This document shows positions 35,865 through 45,758 of a stretch of 64,000 nt of DNA, one piece after another (the stretch's first letter is position 1; each line of letters starts with the position of its first letter). The DNA is taken from assembly GCA_963790475.1 (NCBI GenBank), contig CAWBOS010000010.1:1248001-1312000 (forward strand), read 5' to 3'. Under the pieces are notes generated by a model. It made no database searches. It had not been told where the DNA came from and was given only the letters and a program-made list of their open reading frames with translations. Made by a program: the position numbers and the translations under genes. The DNA is from an uncultured delta proteobacterium. Its GTDB lineage: Bacteria; Desulfobacterota; RBG-13-43-22.

Positions 35865-37346
35865 TCAGCCCACCTGCCTGTCCTCTCGTCGAGTATAATA
35901 CCGTGAGACTTGGGCTATGGCCCGGAAGGCGTCGGTGAGGGTCTCAAAGGTCAAAATGCCTTTTTCAAAAAAGACCCTGCCGGCCCTGCGCCGAACCTCC
36001 TCCAGATCCAGATCCTCCACCTCCCGTCGGCTGTTGGGTAAAACCAAAACAACCGGCTTGTCGGTTTTTCTTTCGACCTCTTCTATGGCCTTTATAAGAC
36101 CGCGGTAAGGCGTGGCCTCATCCAGGGTCATTTCCCCCAGGCGTATAATGAACTTGTAGATGTAAAGTAACTGAATCAATATCTGCAGGTCGATCGATTT
36201 CTCTTCCCCGCTTTTTAAGAGGACCTCTTTCAAAATTTCCGGGGGAACTTCGGGGTTGGCGGCATCGACCGGGTTGGTGGCGCTGGAGCCTGGTTTCGGG
36301 AGAATGGCCATGATCTTTTTCTGGGTCTCAGTCGCCAGCAAAGGCAGATCGATGCCGAAGGACTCGGCCGTGTCACTGGCTGCGACGCCGAGGGCGCCCC
36401 CGCCCCCGACCACGGCCACTCCCCGGACAGGCCTTTCAGAAAGCTGCACAAAAGCCAGAGCGGCCTGGGCCATTTCCAAGGAGTTGTTCACCTGAACGGC
36501 ATTAGCCTGGCGCATCATCGATTCCCAGATCTGCCGGCTGCCTCCCAGAGAAGCGGTATGACTGACTACCGCCCGGCTTCCTGCCTGGGAAAGGCCCCCT
36601 TTATAGATAATGACCGGTTTTTTAGCCGTGACCTCCTTAAGGACCTTGGAAAAAGCCCGGCCGTCCTCCACGCCTTCCATATACATGCAGATGACCTTGG
36701 TTCCCGGATCAACCCCCAGATACTGCAGCAATTCCGTTTCCCTGAGATCGACCCCGTTTCCGAAACTGACCACCTTGCTGAAGGTCAACCCCAAGGAGCT
36801 TCCGTTCATGACAAATTCTCCGGCCATGCCTCCGCTCTGGGCCAAAAAGGCAACGGGACCGCTTTCCCGGGAAAAATCCAATCCGGGCAGTATGGTCAAT
36901 CCGCCGGCCGGGCAATAGATACCGAAACAATTGGGACCCACCACGCGTATCCCTTTGCGGGAGATTTTTTTAATCTCCTCCTCTAAGGCCCGGCCTTCGG
37001 GAGTGCCCAATTCCTTAAAGCCGGCAGATAAAATCTCAGCCCCGATCACCCCTTTTTGTCGGCAGGCTTCCAGGGCTTTAGGAACCAGTGGGGCCGGGAC
37101 GGCGATAATCGCCAAATCCAAATCTCCGGGAATTTCTTCAACGGTTTTATGGATTTTCAATCCGGAAATGGTGCCTCCTTTGGGATTAACCGGACATATT
37201 TCACCCTGATATCCGAAGTGGAGCAGGGTCTCGATCGTCCGGCTGCCGAATCCCAGACTTCCGGCCGAAACCCCGATGACCGCAAGCCTTTTCGGATGAA
37301 AAATCCTTTCCAGTTGTGTATGTTCGACTATTGTCTTATCCGTCAT
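35865..37346 (-). CDS. Acyl-CoA synthetase (NDP-forming) alpha-type CoA-binding protein, no ATP-grasp domain
   Basis: FHPKRLAVIGVS, VGPNCFG, AQSGG, SHTASLGG, NPVD. Confidence 0.88.
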   Translation of the reverse strand: MTDKTIVEHTQLERIFHPKRLAVIGVSAGSLGFGSRTIETLLHFGYQGEICPVNPKGGTISGLKIHKTVEEIPGDLDLAIIAVPAPLVPKALEACRQKGVIGAEILSAGFKELGTPEGRALEEEIKKISRKGIRVVGPNCFGIYCPAGGLTILPGLDFSRESGPVAFLAQSGGMAGEFVMNGSSLGLTFSKVVSFGNGVDLRETELLQYLGVDPGTKVICMYMEGVEDGRAFSKVLKEVTAKKPVIIYKGGLSQAGSRAVVSHTASLGGSRQIWESMMRQANAVQVNNSLEMAQAALAFVQLSERPVRGVAVVGGGGALGVAASDTAESFGIDLPLLATETQKKIMAILPKPGSSATNPVDAANPEVPPEILKEVLLKSGEEKSIDLQILIQLLYIYKFIIRLGEMTLDEATPYRGLIKAIEEVERKTDKPVVLVLPNSRREVEDLDLEEVRRRAGRVFFEKGILTFETLTDAFRAIAQVSRYYTRREDRQVG

Positions 37347-37376
37347 TAAAGCAACGCCTTCCGTCTTTTAAAAAGA

Positions 37377-37496
37377 AATAGGCAATAGGCTATGGGCGAG
37401 AGGCTATGGACTGCGGGCTATAAATAAAAGATGATTTCGACCCCTTATCGCCCTTTGCCTTTTCCCCTCTTGCCTATCGCCTCTTGCCTATTGCCT
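37377..37496. repeat. Inverted arrays of heptamer repeats (AATAGGC / GCCTATT-type)
   Basis: aataggcaataggctatgggcgagaggc ... gcctatcgcctcttgcctattgcct. Confidence 0.7.
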
Positions 37497-37497
37497 G

Positions 37498-37761
37498 CTA
37501 TTCATCTATTATCTTTATCCAGTGGGAGTCCATAAATTCCTCTAATTCATCCAACTCTCCTTCCAGGTCGGACAGTAAATCCATTCCATCTTCTCTCGGA
37601 ATTATTAAATCTCCCGATTCACCTGGAACTCCCGAATCTCCCGAATCATCCAAGCCTTCCAAATCCTGTTCGATATCCAACAGAGAATTATCTCCCCACT
37701 CTTTTCCGAAATCCTTTTCGAGGGGATCGAGGTCGTCGAATTTCTTTTGATCCGAAGGCAT
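37498..37761 (-). CDS. Small highly acidic hypothetical protein
   Basis: D/E-rich ORF; probable start MPSDQKK (track start 37857). Confidence 0.55.
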   Translation of the reverse strand: MPSDQKKFDDLDPLEKDFGKEWGDNSLLDIEQDLEGLDDSGDSGVPGESGDLIIPREDGMDLLSDLEGELDELEEFMDSHWIKIIDE

Positions 37762-37971
37762 ATTCTTTCTCCAAACGCCGGCTGCTAAACTTGAGGAATC
37801 ATAAAATGCCGGCAATTTCCTGATGACATCATTCCGGAGAAAACCGGCATCAATCATTTAAATCAATCAGACTGCTCCTGCCCACTCCTTCCGCCCCCGG
37901 ATTAAGACATTCCGGGGCGGGCTTGGGAATGACTGGTTATCATTCAACCAAAAAAAAATCCCCTGCCCTGG

Positions 37972-38592
37972 CTACTGCTTAACCTTGGCCACTCCAAGAT
38001 CAAAAGCCTTCAGGTTGATATCCAGGGTTCCGGCCGGCAGGCTTTCTTGTATCACCGCCTGGAAATCCTCACGGGCCATCGGCAAAGATCCGGTCCCGTA
38101 AAGGGCCCCGATCATAATGATGTTTCCTAAAATAGGATTGCCCATTTTTAAGGCTTCATCCGTGGCCTCAATGAACCAGGCCCTGGAAGACAAATCTTTG
38201 ATGGAATCCTGAATCTCCTCCGAAGTCGGATAAACGAGTTCCCCGGAAATGACTCCCACCGGATAGATGGGACGGGTATTGGTCAAAACCGCAACCTCCG
38301 GATTCCCATAGCTCATTAAAACCCTGATGGCTTCAATCGGCTCGAGGGTGACGACGATATCGGCCTTTCCTTTGGGTATTTGCGGACTCCAGGTGGCATC
38401 GGCCGAGACGCGGATGTGGCTCATCACCGAACCGCCCCGTTGGGAGGCCCCGAAAGTTTCCCCGATGGTCACCTGAAAGCCTTTGCGAACCAGCATATTG
38501 GAAAGTATCCTGGAGGCCATGACGTTGCCTTGGCCCCCGACCCCGGTGATAATGATATTGAACGGATCTTTGGGTAACTGAGTTGTTTCCAT
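37972..38592 (-). CDS. iorB: Indolepyruvate:ferredoxin oxidoreductase subunit beta
   Basis: ITGVGGQG, ETFGASQRGGSVMSHIR, INLKAF; start METTQ. Confidence 0.92.
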   Translation of the reverse strand: METTQLPKDPFNIIITGVGGQGNVMASRILSNMLVRKGFQVTIGETFGASQRGGSVMSHIRVSADATWSPQIPKGKADIVVTLEPIEAIRVLMSYGNPEVAVLTNTRPIYPVGVISGELVYPTSEEIQDSIKDLSSRAWFIEATDEALKMGNPILGNIIMIGALYGTGSLPMAREDFQAVIQESLPAGTLDINLKAFDLGVAKVKQ

Positions 38593-38596
38593 GTTT

Positions 38597-40534
38597 TTAG
38601 GCCGCCTCCTCTCTGATGATGGCCGTGGTCGGGCAGATATAAGAACAAACGCCGCAACCGGCACAGATGACCTCGTCGACCACGGCGGTCTTTTTCTCTT
38701 TGTCCCAGAACAGTCCGGGGCATCGTAAAATCCGAGTACACAGCCGGTTACAGCCGCAATCCTCCCCCTTACACCGGGTCTCATCCACGTGGACCTTAAA
38801 GTATTTCTTGGCCTTCCTTTCCGGAGATAAGGCACATTTTTGACGAAGGATCAAAACTTTGGCCCCTTCTTGATCGGCCATCAGTTGGTTGAGTGTTTCC
38901 TGGGTCTCTTGCAGATTGAAAGGGTCCCTGATTTCCACCCTGGCGCCTAAAGACCGACAAATAGCGGCGATATCGACCTGGGGCATGGCCTCTCCCATGG
39001 CATTGACCTGAAGGCCGGGGTGGGACTGAAAACCGGTCATAGCCGTACCACTGTTGTCCAGAACCACCAGGGTGATGTTGGATTTGTGGTGCACGGCATT
39101 GATCAGGGCCGGAATAACGGCGTGATAGAAGGTCGAATCCCCGGACACGGCCAGCACCGGCTGATCCAGGCCGAATTGGCCCAGCTTCCCGAACCCGCTG
39201 GCCACACCGGTTCCCGAGCCCATGGAGTGCACTGTTTTAAGAGTTCTGAATCCTGTTGTTCCCAGGGCCATGGTATAGCAGCCGATGTCACCGCAGACAA
39301 AACCTTTGCGGTTGTCCATCTGCAGAGCATTATGGATACTCCAGAATGAGGCCCGGTGCGGACAACCGGGGCAGAAGGTCTGTTCTCTGGCCGGAACTTT
39401 GGCAAAATTAAGAAGTTTGGCCTTGTCCTCGTATTCCCTGGACATACCCTGATATTCGATTCCCATGATCTTGGCCAGTGCGGAAACGACAAAATCCGGA
39501 TTCAGCTCCCCGGTCATAGGGATGTCTCCGCTGTTCTTTCCGTAAAAGGTCTTGGCCCCGATGTCTTTGGCCTGTTCGGCGGCGATGATCTTGATATTTT
39601 CCTCCAGAAAGGGCAGGACCTCTTCGATGAACAGAATCTTGTCGGTCAGAGACAGATATTTTTTAATCAGTTTGGGAGGCAGAGGCCAGGTGGTGCCTAT
39701 TTTTAATAAGCCTACCCGGTCTTTCAATCCCAGCAAATGAATGGCCTCCCTACTGTAAAGGGTACAGGCACTGCAGGTAATCAATAGAAGCTCGGGTTTT
39801 TCCGGGCCCACATAGGTATTAAAGGGACTGTCTTCAAAGAGATCCCGGACCTTTTTGATTTTCTCCTGTTGCTGGCCATGTTTGTAACCCACCGGGGCGC
39901 TGATGACCAATCCTTCCATGGGATCGAGAACGAACCCATCGTACTTAAACTCGGCCCGATGTTCCGTCCCGGGCAGTTTACCCAGAGCGACATTCCCGCT
40001 GGCATGAGACATACGGGTCACACTTCGGACCACCACCAGGCTGCGGATTGTTTCCGACAATTCGAAAGCCCACTTGGTCATATCCTTGGCTTCCTGAAAA
40101 TCACCCGGTTCCAGAAGGGGGATTTCCACCATCCTGGCAAAATGCCTCGATTCCCCTTCATTGACACTGGACAAGGCCCCGGGATCATCGCAGGTGACCA
40201 GGACCATGCCTCCCCGGGTTCCGGAACCGGCCAGATGGAGAAGAAAATCAGAAGCCACATTGACCCCGTTCTGCTTCATGACACATAATGATCTGAGCTG
40301 GGCGAAGGAGGCAGCGGCGGCGACCTCCAGGGCCACTTTTTCGTTGGTCGACCACTCCACATACAGATTTCTTTCCTTGGCCGCTTTGGCTAAATTTTCT
40401 ATAATTTCCGAAGAGGGCGTTCCCGGATATCCGCTGGCCACACTTATTCCGGCCTCCAACGCACCCCGGGCAATGGCTTCGTTGCCCATATACAAAACCT
40501 GTCGCCCCTCATCCTGATCCGTCAATCTTGACAT
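38597..40534 (-). CDS. iorA: Indolepyruvate:ferredoxin oxidoreductase subunit alpha
   Basis: GNEAIARG, GYPGTPSSE, NEKVALE, FCPGCPH, GDIGCY, GDSTF.H, C-terminal ferredoxin. Confidence 0.95.
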   Translation of the reverse strand: MSRLTDQDEGRQVLYMGNEAIARGALEAGISVASGYPGTPSSEIIENLAKAAKERNLYVEWSTNEKVALEVAAAASFAQLRSLCVMKQNGVNVASDFLLHLAGSGTRGGMVLVTCDDPGALSSVNEGESRHFARMVEIPLLEPGDFQEAKDMTKWAFELSETIRSLVVVRSVTRMSHASGNVALGKLPGTEHRAEFKYDGFVLDPMEGLVISAPVGYKHGQQQEKIKKVRDLFEDSPFNTYVGPEKPELLLITCSACTLYSREAIHLLGLKDRVGLLKIGTTWPLPPKLIKKYLSLTDKILFIEEVLPFLEENIKIIAAEQAKDIGAKTFYGKNSGDIPMTGELNPDFVVSALAKIMGIEYQGMSREYEDKAKLLNFAKVPAREQTFCPGCPHRASFWSIHNALQMDNRKGFVCGDIGCYTMALGTTGFRTLKTVHSMGSGTGVASGFGKLGQFGLDQPVLAVSGDSTFYHAVIPALINAVHHKSNITLVVLDNSGTAMTGFQSHPGLQVNAMGEAMPQVDIAAICRSLGARVEIRDPFNLQETQETLNQLMADQEGAKVLILRQKCALSPERKAKKYFKVHVDETRCKGEDCGCNRLCTRILRCPGLFWDKEKKTAVVDEVICAGCGVCSYICPTTAIIREEAA

Positions 40535-40593
40535 AATGTCCTCCGTATCCTGTTGACCGACCTTTCCGGTCTTTTTTCAAATCAATCCCCTAC

Positions 40594-41703
40594 TCACTTT
40601 ATCTCGGCATACCATAGATCATCGGTCCCCCGGCCTTTTTCCTTCACACGATCCCGGGCGGCCTTTTTCTTCTCCAGGGCCGCTTTTTTTAGTTCTTCGA
40701 AATTCCCCTCCGGTACCTCGCGGAATTCGAGAACACCTTTTGACCTGGCCAGGTCCATCAGCTCCTGACCCCGTTTGGACCGGACTATGACCTGATTCCA
40801 GATCCTGGTTTCCGACCAGTCCTCCGGCAGCCTGGCTGACCCGACTGAGATATCGGCGAATTCGGCGGTGCTGTCCATACAATAACGACAGGCTTCCCGG
40901 ACACAGTCATTAATGGCCTCCATGGGAAAAGAAAAGGTCTCCTTGTTAGTGTAAATTTCCACCGATCCTTTTCCCGGAGGGATGTCCATGCCGATAATAT
41001 CGGACAGACCGGTTTTGGTCTTCAACAGATCCACGAAGGACCGCCAGGAAAGGGACCAGCCGCAGAAAAGGCCGATAACCAGTTTCAACTTGTCGATTTG
41101 GTTGTCGTTAGTCGCTATGGGTTTCGAACGCATCTTGGCCAGGGTCTGGGCCTGGCAAGGAGTAGCTACGACTCCTATTCGTTGTTTTTCTCCCTGGACC
41201 GTTTTGTTGAATTCAGCGACGGTCGCGGAAACTATAAACTTGCTTTTCCCCCGTTTTCTGATCTCATCGGGGTCGCTAACCGCCACCCCATGATGCTGAA
41301 AATCTTCCGTGTCTTCAGCGACAATGGCTGTATCAATCAGCCCTTCCTGGAGGGCCAGGGTTAAAAGGGCCGTGACCGTTCCTCCGTGTTGGGCCTGGTT
41401 GCGCACCTGTTCATCCGCCGCCCTGGCGATATAAAATCCTTTCACCGACCCTAACTCCGGGGTCAAATCCGCTTCATCAAACAGTTGTTTCCTCAACGAC
41501 TCATAGTCTGTAGGCGTCCGGGGGCAAAAGGCATAACATCGACCTTCCTTGAGGTCACAGGGATGAAGCACGATGGTCTGGTCATTGTAGATCACCTGGT
41601 AAGGGCATAGGCCGACACAGGCCCCGCAGCCGGTGCACAGTTGGGCATTTTGAACCATCTCCTGGAGTTCTTTTTGCCCCCTGCTTTGGTTTTGATCTTC
41701 CAT
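40594..41703 (-). CDS. Coenzyme F420 hydrogenase/dehydrogenase beta subunit (FrhB/FdhB) family protein
   Basis: CTGCGACVGLCP, AQHGGTVTALL, VATPCQ, IGLFCGW, CRYC.D.TAEFADISVG. Confidence 0.9.
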   Translation of the reverse strand: MEDQNQSRGQKELQEMVQNAQLCTGCGACVGLCPYQVIYNDQTIVLHPCDLKEGRCYAFCPRTPTDYESLRKQLFDEADLTPELGSVKGFYIARAADEQVRNQAQHGGTVTALLTLALQEGLIDTAIVAEDTEDFQHHGVAVSDPDEIRKRGKSKFIVSATVAEFNKTVQGEKQRIGVVATPCQAQTLAKMRSKPIATNDNQIDKLKLVIGLFCGWSLSWRSFVDLLKTKTGLSDIIGMDIPPGKGSVEIYTNKETFSFPMEAINDCVREACRYCMDSTAEFADISVGSARLPEDWSETRIWNQVIVRSKRGQELMDLARSKGVLEFREVPEGNFEELKKAALEKKKAARDRVKEKGRGTDDLWYAEIK

Positions 41704-41880
41704 TCGCTAAAACCTCCTCCTTTAATTTAAGGATTGAAGATCCCTATAATTAGATTTTCTAACATTCAGAATATAGGCTGTCAATTGAAATAAAATGCCA
41801 TTTCCTTCTTGTAATTATAATATCAAGTAAGGCAGATACTTAAAGGTATTGAAAGATTGGAGTTGAAAAATTTCAATTAA

Positions 41881-42196
41881 AATCGATACACCTACCTGAT
41901 CACCTGGTCTGAGTAAGACAACGAATGTGTCGGCTTGTGCCCGGAGTTCCCCGCTCTGAGCTGGCTGGCCCAAACCCCGGAGGCAGCTTTAAAGGGTATT
42001 CGAAAGGTAATTGCGGACGTGGTAAAGGACTTAATAAAAAACCAAGGAACCCATTCCCGAGCCCCTTGCTACCAAGGGATTTAGTGGTAAGTTTATGGTC
42101 CGAGTCCCACCTGAAGTTCATCGGAATCTTGCCATCAAAGCGGCAGAGGCCGGAGTCAGCTTAAACAGATTGGCCAATTCTAAACTAACAAAATGA
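41881..42196 (+). pseudogene. HicB family antitoxin pseudogene
   Basis: NRYTYLITWSE*DNECVGLCPEFPALSWLAQTPEAALKGI, then a frameshift to PEPLATKGFSGKFMVRVPPEVHRNLAIKAAEAGVSLN. Confidence 0.8.
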
Positions 42197-42435
42197 AATG
42201 AGAATAAATACTCGTTAGAGAGAGGGAAGCTGGTAAGTTTTAAGGTTTAAGGATTCCGGCAATCCTTTTGCTCCGTACATATTCAAGAAACTTAAAAACC
42301 GATCCATGAGAAGTAACTCTGTTTTTTGAAATAATGACGGCCTGCATAAGAAATTAATGCAGTATTTACAAGATGGTGAATACAGCATATTCTGACGATC
42401 TGCTTAAAAGGCACTTACTTCTCAGGGATCAAAAC

Positions 42436-42711
42436 CTAACAGCGTCTCTCTTTCCCTCTTATGCTGGCAACAGGAACAGACACTTTTTCTTGATGCCTTT
42501 TTAATGTTATGATTCGGGCGTCAGGGTCCCTCCCATGTGGTTTGAGCTGCTGTAAGGCTTCAAACCCGGGGAAACTGTATAGGCTTTTAAGGGTTCCATT
42601 TATCTTCATACCCTTTCTTAACGGCCTATCCGCAACGTGGTCAAGTTTTCAAAGAGCATTTTTTTGAAGTTAAAAAAGGGACTGATGACCCACACTAAAT
42701 CTAGAAGAGCC
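42436..42711 (-). mobile_element. ISL3-like IS left-end remnant
   Basis: Minus strand begins GGCTCTTCTAG at 42711; ORF 42609-42436 (LYSFPGF...DPDARIITLKRHQEK, with VCSCC in a shifted frame) resembles an ISL3 transposase N-terminus. Confidence 0.6.
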
Positions 42712-43953
42712 GATTAAACAAACCAGAGCTTCCATCGTAGGCGAAATCGAGGCAGGCTTTTTCAGGAGCCGCTCCGCCACCTCCGGGACATTTGGGCCCG
42801 CTCCCGTAACGATACAAACAACCGTCTCTTCCTTTGGTATTATTCCCTCCCGGATCAGTTTTCTGGCCGCCATGATCGGAATCGACGATGTGGGCTCGGC
42901 AAAGATGCCCTCTTTCACGGCTAACAACCTCCGCCCTTCCAAGGCTTCTTCATCGGATACTGCAACGGCACGACCACCTGACTCGTGGATGGCATTCAAC
43001 GCAGCAGGGCCAAAGATATTAGAAACAGGGATCGCATCGCAAATTGTTTTCGGTTCAAAGGGCTCCACCTCGAACCACTGCTTGCGTCCCACAAATGCCT
43101 TTACTAGGGGATCTGCTCCTTCTCCCTGGACAGCCGTCATTTTTGGCAGTTTGTCGACAAATCCAAGCTTCTGGAATTCCTTGTATCCCTTCCACTGCAC
43201 AGCGAAACTCTCCCCCGTCGTTGGTGTTAAAAGCCAGTCGGGAGACCTCCATCTCAACTGTTCACAGATCTCATAGGAAATGGATCGATGCCCTTCCATG
43301 AGGTAAGGATTCACTGCCTTTGCCTGAGTAATATTGGCCCAGCCATAGTGGTTGCAGGCCTGCATTACCAGTATCCCCGCTTCGAGAAGAGAGCCCTCAA
43401 TCAGGATGACATTCGCACCATAGACGAGGACCCGGTTGATTTTTGAAGGCGAACTTGTCACCGGCATAAATACGTGGCATGCGATCCCTGCTTTTGCACA
43501 GTATGCAGCCGCTGAGGCACCACAATTTCCATCGGTAGCAAGCGCCGCCGTATGGAGGCCGCTTCTCTTGACTCTGGATATGGCCAGTGACATGACGCGA
43601 TCCTTAAAACTAAGGGTTGGGGATAGAGATTCATTCTTGAGGTAGAGGTTTTCGATCCCGATATCGATAGCGAGACGACTACACTTCACCAATGGGGTTC
43701 CGCCTTCACCCATGGTGACAATGGAGTCGCGGTCCACGCCAGGCATGAATTCCCAATACTTCCATAGGGATGGTGTTCTTCTCTCCAAAACACCCGGATC
43801 AATTTGCTTGGCAATCTCGCCATAGTCATAAACCGGATCGAGAATTCCGTGAAAGATGCCTCGTTGCCCGCATTCCGGGCAGGCCGTCATATCGTCAGCG
43901 ATGCCATATTCCTTTCCACAATCAAGACATTGTAGGCTCTTGAGATAAATCAT
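42670..43953 (-). CDS. thrC: Threonine synthase family PLP enzyme
   Basis: N-terminal CxxC..CxxC, MGEGGTPL, LKNE.LSPTLSFKDR, EGIFAEPTS, VCIVTG.G. Confidence 0.85.
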   Translation of the reverse strand: MIYLKSLQCLDCGKEYGIADDMTACPECGQRGIFHGILDPVYDYGEIAKQIDPGVLERRTPSLWKYWEFMPGVDRDSIVTMGEGGTPLVKCSRLAIDIGIENLYLKNESLSPTLSFKDRVMSLAISRVKRSGLHTAALATDGNCGASAAAYCAKAGIACHVFMPVTSSPSKINRVLVYGANVILIEGSLLEAGILVMQACNHYGWANITQAKAVNPYLMEGHRSISYEICEQLRWRSPDWLLTPTTGESFAVQWKGYKEFQKLGFVDKLPKMTAVQGEGADPLVKAFVGRKQWFEVEPFEPKTICDAIPVSNIFGPAALNAIHESGGRAVAVSDEEALEGRRLLAVKEGIFAEPTSSIPIMAARKLIREGIIPKEETVVCIVTGAGPNVPEVAERLLKKPASISPTMEALVCLIGSSRFSVGHQSLF

Positions 43954-43971
43954 AACTTTTCTCCTAAATAT

Positions 43972-45009
43972 TTATTGTGAAGCGGCCTTACTTTTAATGA
44001 TTTCGTCGGCCATTTTTGCAGCAGCTCCGTCAGTCGTAATGCCTTCGCTTTCAGCTATTTTCAACACCTCAAGACAATTGTCATAAATCTTCGCAACCGC
44101 CTGATTGGTTTCTTCAATTGTTCTACCCATAATCGGGGCAGCGCCTGCAATAACTCCACCTGCGTTTGCTACGTAGTCGGGAACAAAAAGAATACCTTTA
44201 TCCTTCAACATTTGTGCGTGGCGGCCCTCGGCGAGCTGGTTATTAGCTCCTCCACAGATAATGGGGACCTTTATTTTGGGAATGGTATAATCATTTAGAA
44301 CGGCACCCAGAGCGCATGGAGCTAAAACATCAACATCCAGAGAGAATAATTCCTCCAGACCAACTGCAATTGCACCAAATTTCTCTACTGCAAGTTTCAC
44401 ATTATCCTGATTGATATCGCTTACATAAATTTTTATGCCATTTTTGACCAGGTGTCCGGCCAGATATCTACCCACGTTTCCAAACCCCTGCATTGCCACA
44501 GTGACAGCTTTGCGTTTCAATTTATAATCAGCGGCAGCGCGAATGGCATTGTAAATACCCTCACCGGTTGCCGGGGATGTGTCGCCGCTTTGCCCCGGAA
44601 GCCCGGTGACAAAAGGAGTTTGCCGTCTGATCACCACCATATCTTCAGGAGTAGTTCCAACATCTTCAGCGATAATGTAACGGCCTCCCAATCTGTTTAC
44701 AAATCTACCGAGCGCCTCAAACAGAGCTTCGCTTTTATCTTTTTTGGGATCTCCTATAACAACCGTTTTCCCTCCACCTGCAGGCAAACCAGCAATAGCA
44801 CATTTATTAGTCATGGCTCTGCTTAATCTAAGCACATCATTTAACGCCGCATCAGAGTCGGGATATGGGAAAAACCGGCAACCGCCGCCGCATGTCCCCC
44901 CCAGAACCGTACTGTGAATTGCGATGATAGCTCTCAAGCCGCTTTTTTCATCCTCAACAAAACTTACCTGTTCGTGGTTTTGGTATTCTTTGTTTTCAAA
45001 TACTCCCAT
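43972..45009 (-). CDS. Glu/Leu/Phe/Val dehydrogenase (leucine dehydrogenase-like)
   Basis: AIIAIHST, LRLSRAMT.K, GGGK, AEDVGT, QGFGNVG, GGANNQL, PDYVANAGG. Confidence 0.93.
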   Translation of the reverse strand: MGVFENKEYQNHEQVSFVEDEKSGLRAIIAIHSTVLGGTCGGGCRFFPYPDSDAALNDVLRLSRAMTNKCAIAGLPAGGGKTVVIGDPKKDKSEALFEALGRFVNRLGGRYIIAEDVGTTPEDMVVIRRQTPFVTGLPGQSGDTSPATGEGIYNAIRAAADYKLKRKAVTVAMQGFGNVGRYLAGHLVKNGIKIYVSDINQDNVKLAVEKFGAIAVGLEELFSLDVDVLAPCALGAVLNDYTIPKIKVPIICGGANNQLAEGRHAQMLKDKGILFVPDYVANAGGVIAGAAPIMGRTIEETNQAVAKIYDNCLEVLKIAESEGITTDGAAAKMADEIIKSKAASQ

Positions 45010-45758
45010 TATTTTCTACCTCCTAATTTAAATTTGGCTTTGCACCATTATTTTGCGACAGGCCGACAGTAATTTTCAGATGGACAGTTTTTCTTCAGTT
45101 AAGAATTTTAATTTAAAAGGGGGTAGAATGAAAGTGAAAATACACAATAGAGAGATGGTCCCGAAAATCGAATTGTTTTGCTTTCCAATCACCAATTGAA
45201 CCAAAATCAAATGTTACCAAGGAAATAGTATAATTTGGAACGTTGACATCTGGCCGGAATACTTACTTCAAAAGTAAGGAAATGCTCCCTTCACAAAATA
45301 TGGGTAAAGAGAATTCTTTAAGAAACGTTCGGCGTTTCCCGCCTGGGGCGGGAGGGGAAAAAGTCAGATTATAGCTGGCAACTAAGGCTAAGACCAGGAC
45401 ACCAGGCATCCGGGTAATAAGAAAGGATAGAGGATATCATAAGGTCCAGGATGATTCCGTCAGGATGAAGATAATCCAACCGTCATTCAGAAATCGATGA
45501 TTCACGTTGAAGGTTATTGAACGGGGGAGGTGACCAAAAAATACGAAAAACATTTCGGCCGGAAAAAAATAATTTCGGACAGTAGATTAATGAAAAATGG
45601 TTCTTGCTTACTCAAACACTCTTAGAAAAAAATTAAATTTCGCTCGAACCAATAAGAAGAGAGAAATCTCCGAAGTCCCAACACGAAACTCCAAACAATT
45701 TTCAATGAAAGACGGACGTATTATCCTTAAGTCTTCATCCCTCGCCTTTCATACCGCC

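Noticed and set aside
45010-45758. Long intergenic region as an ncRNA, riboswitch or gene
   Set aside because: No recognisable RNA motif or coherent reading frame; the 45597-46139 ORF is mostly antisense to secDF
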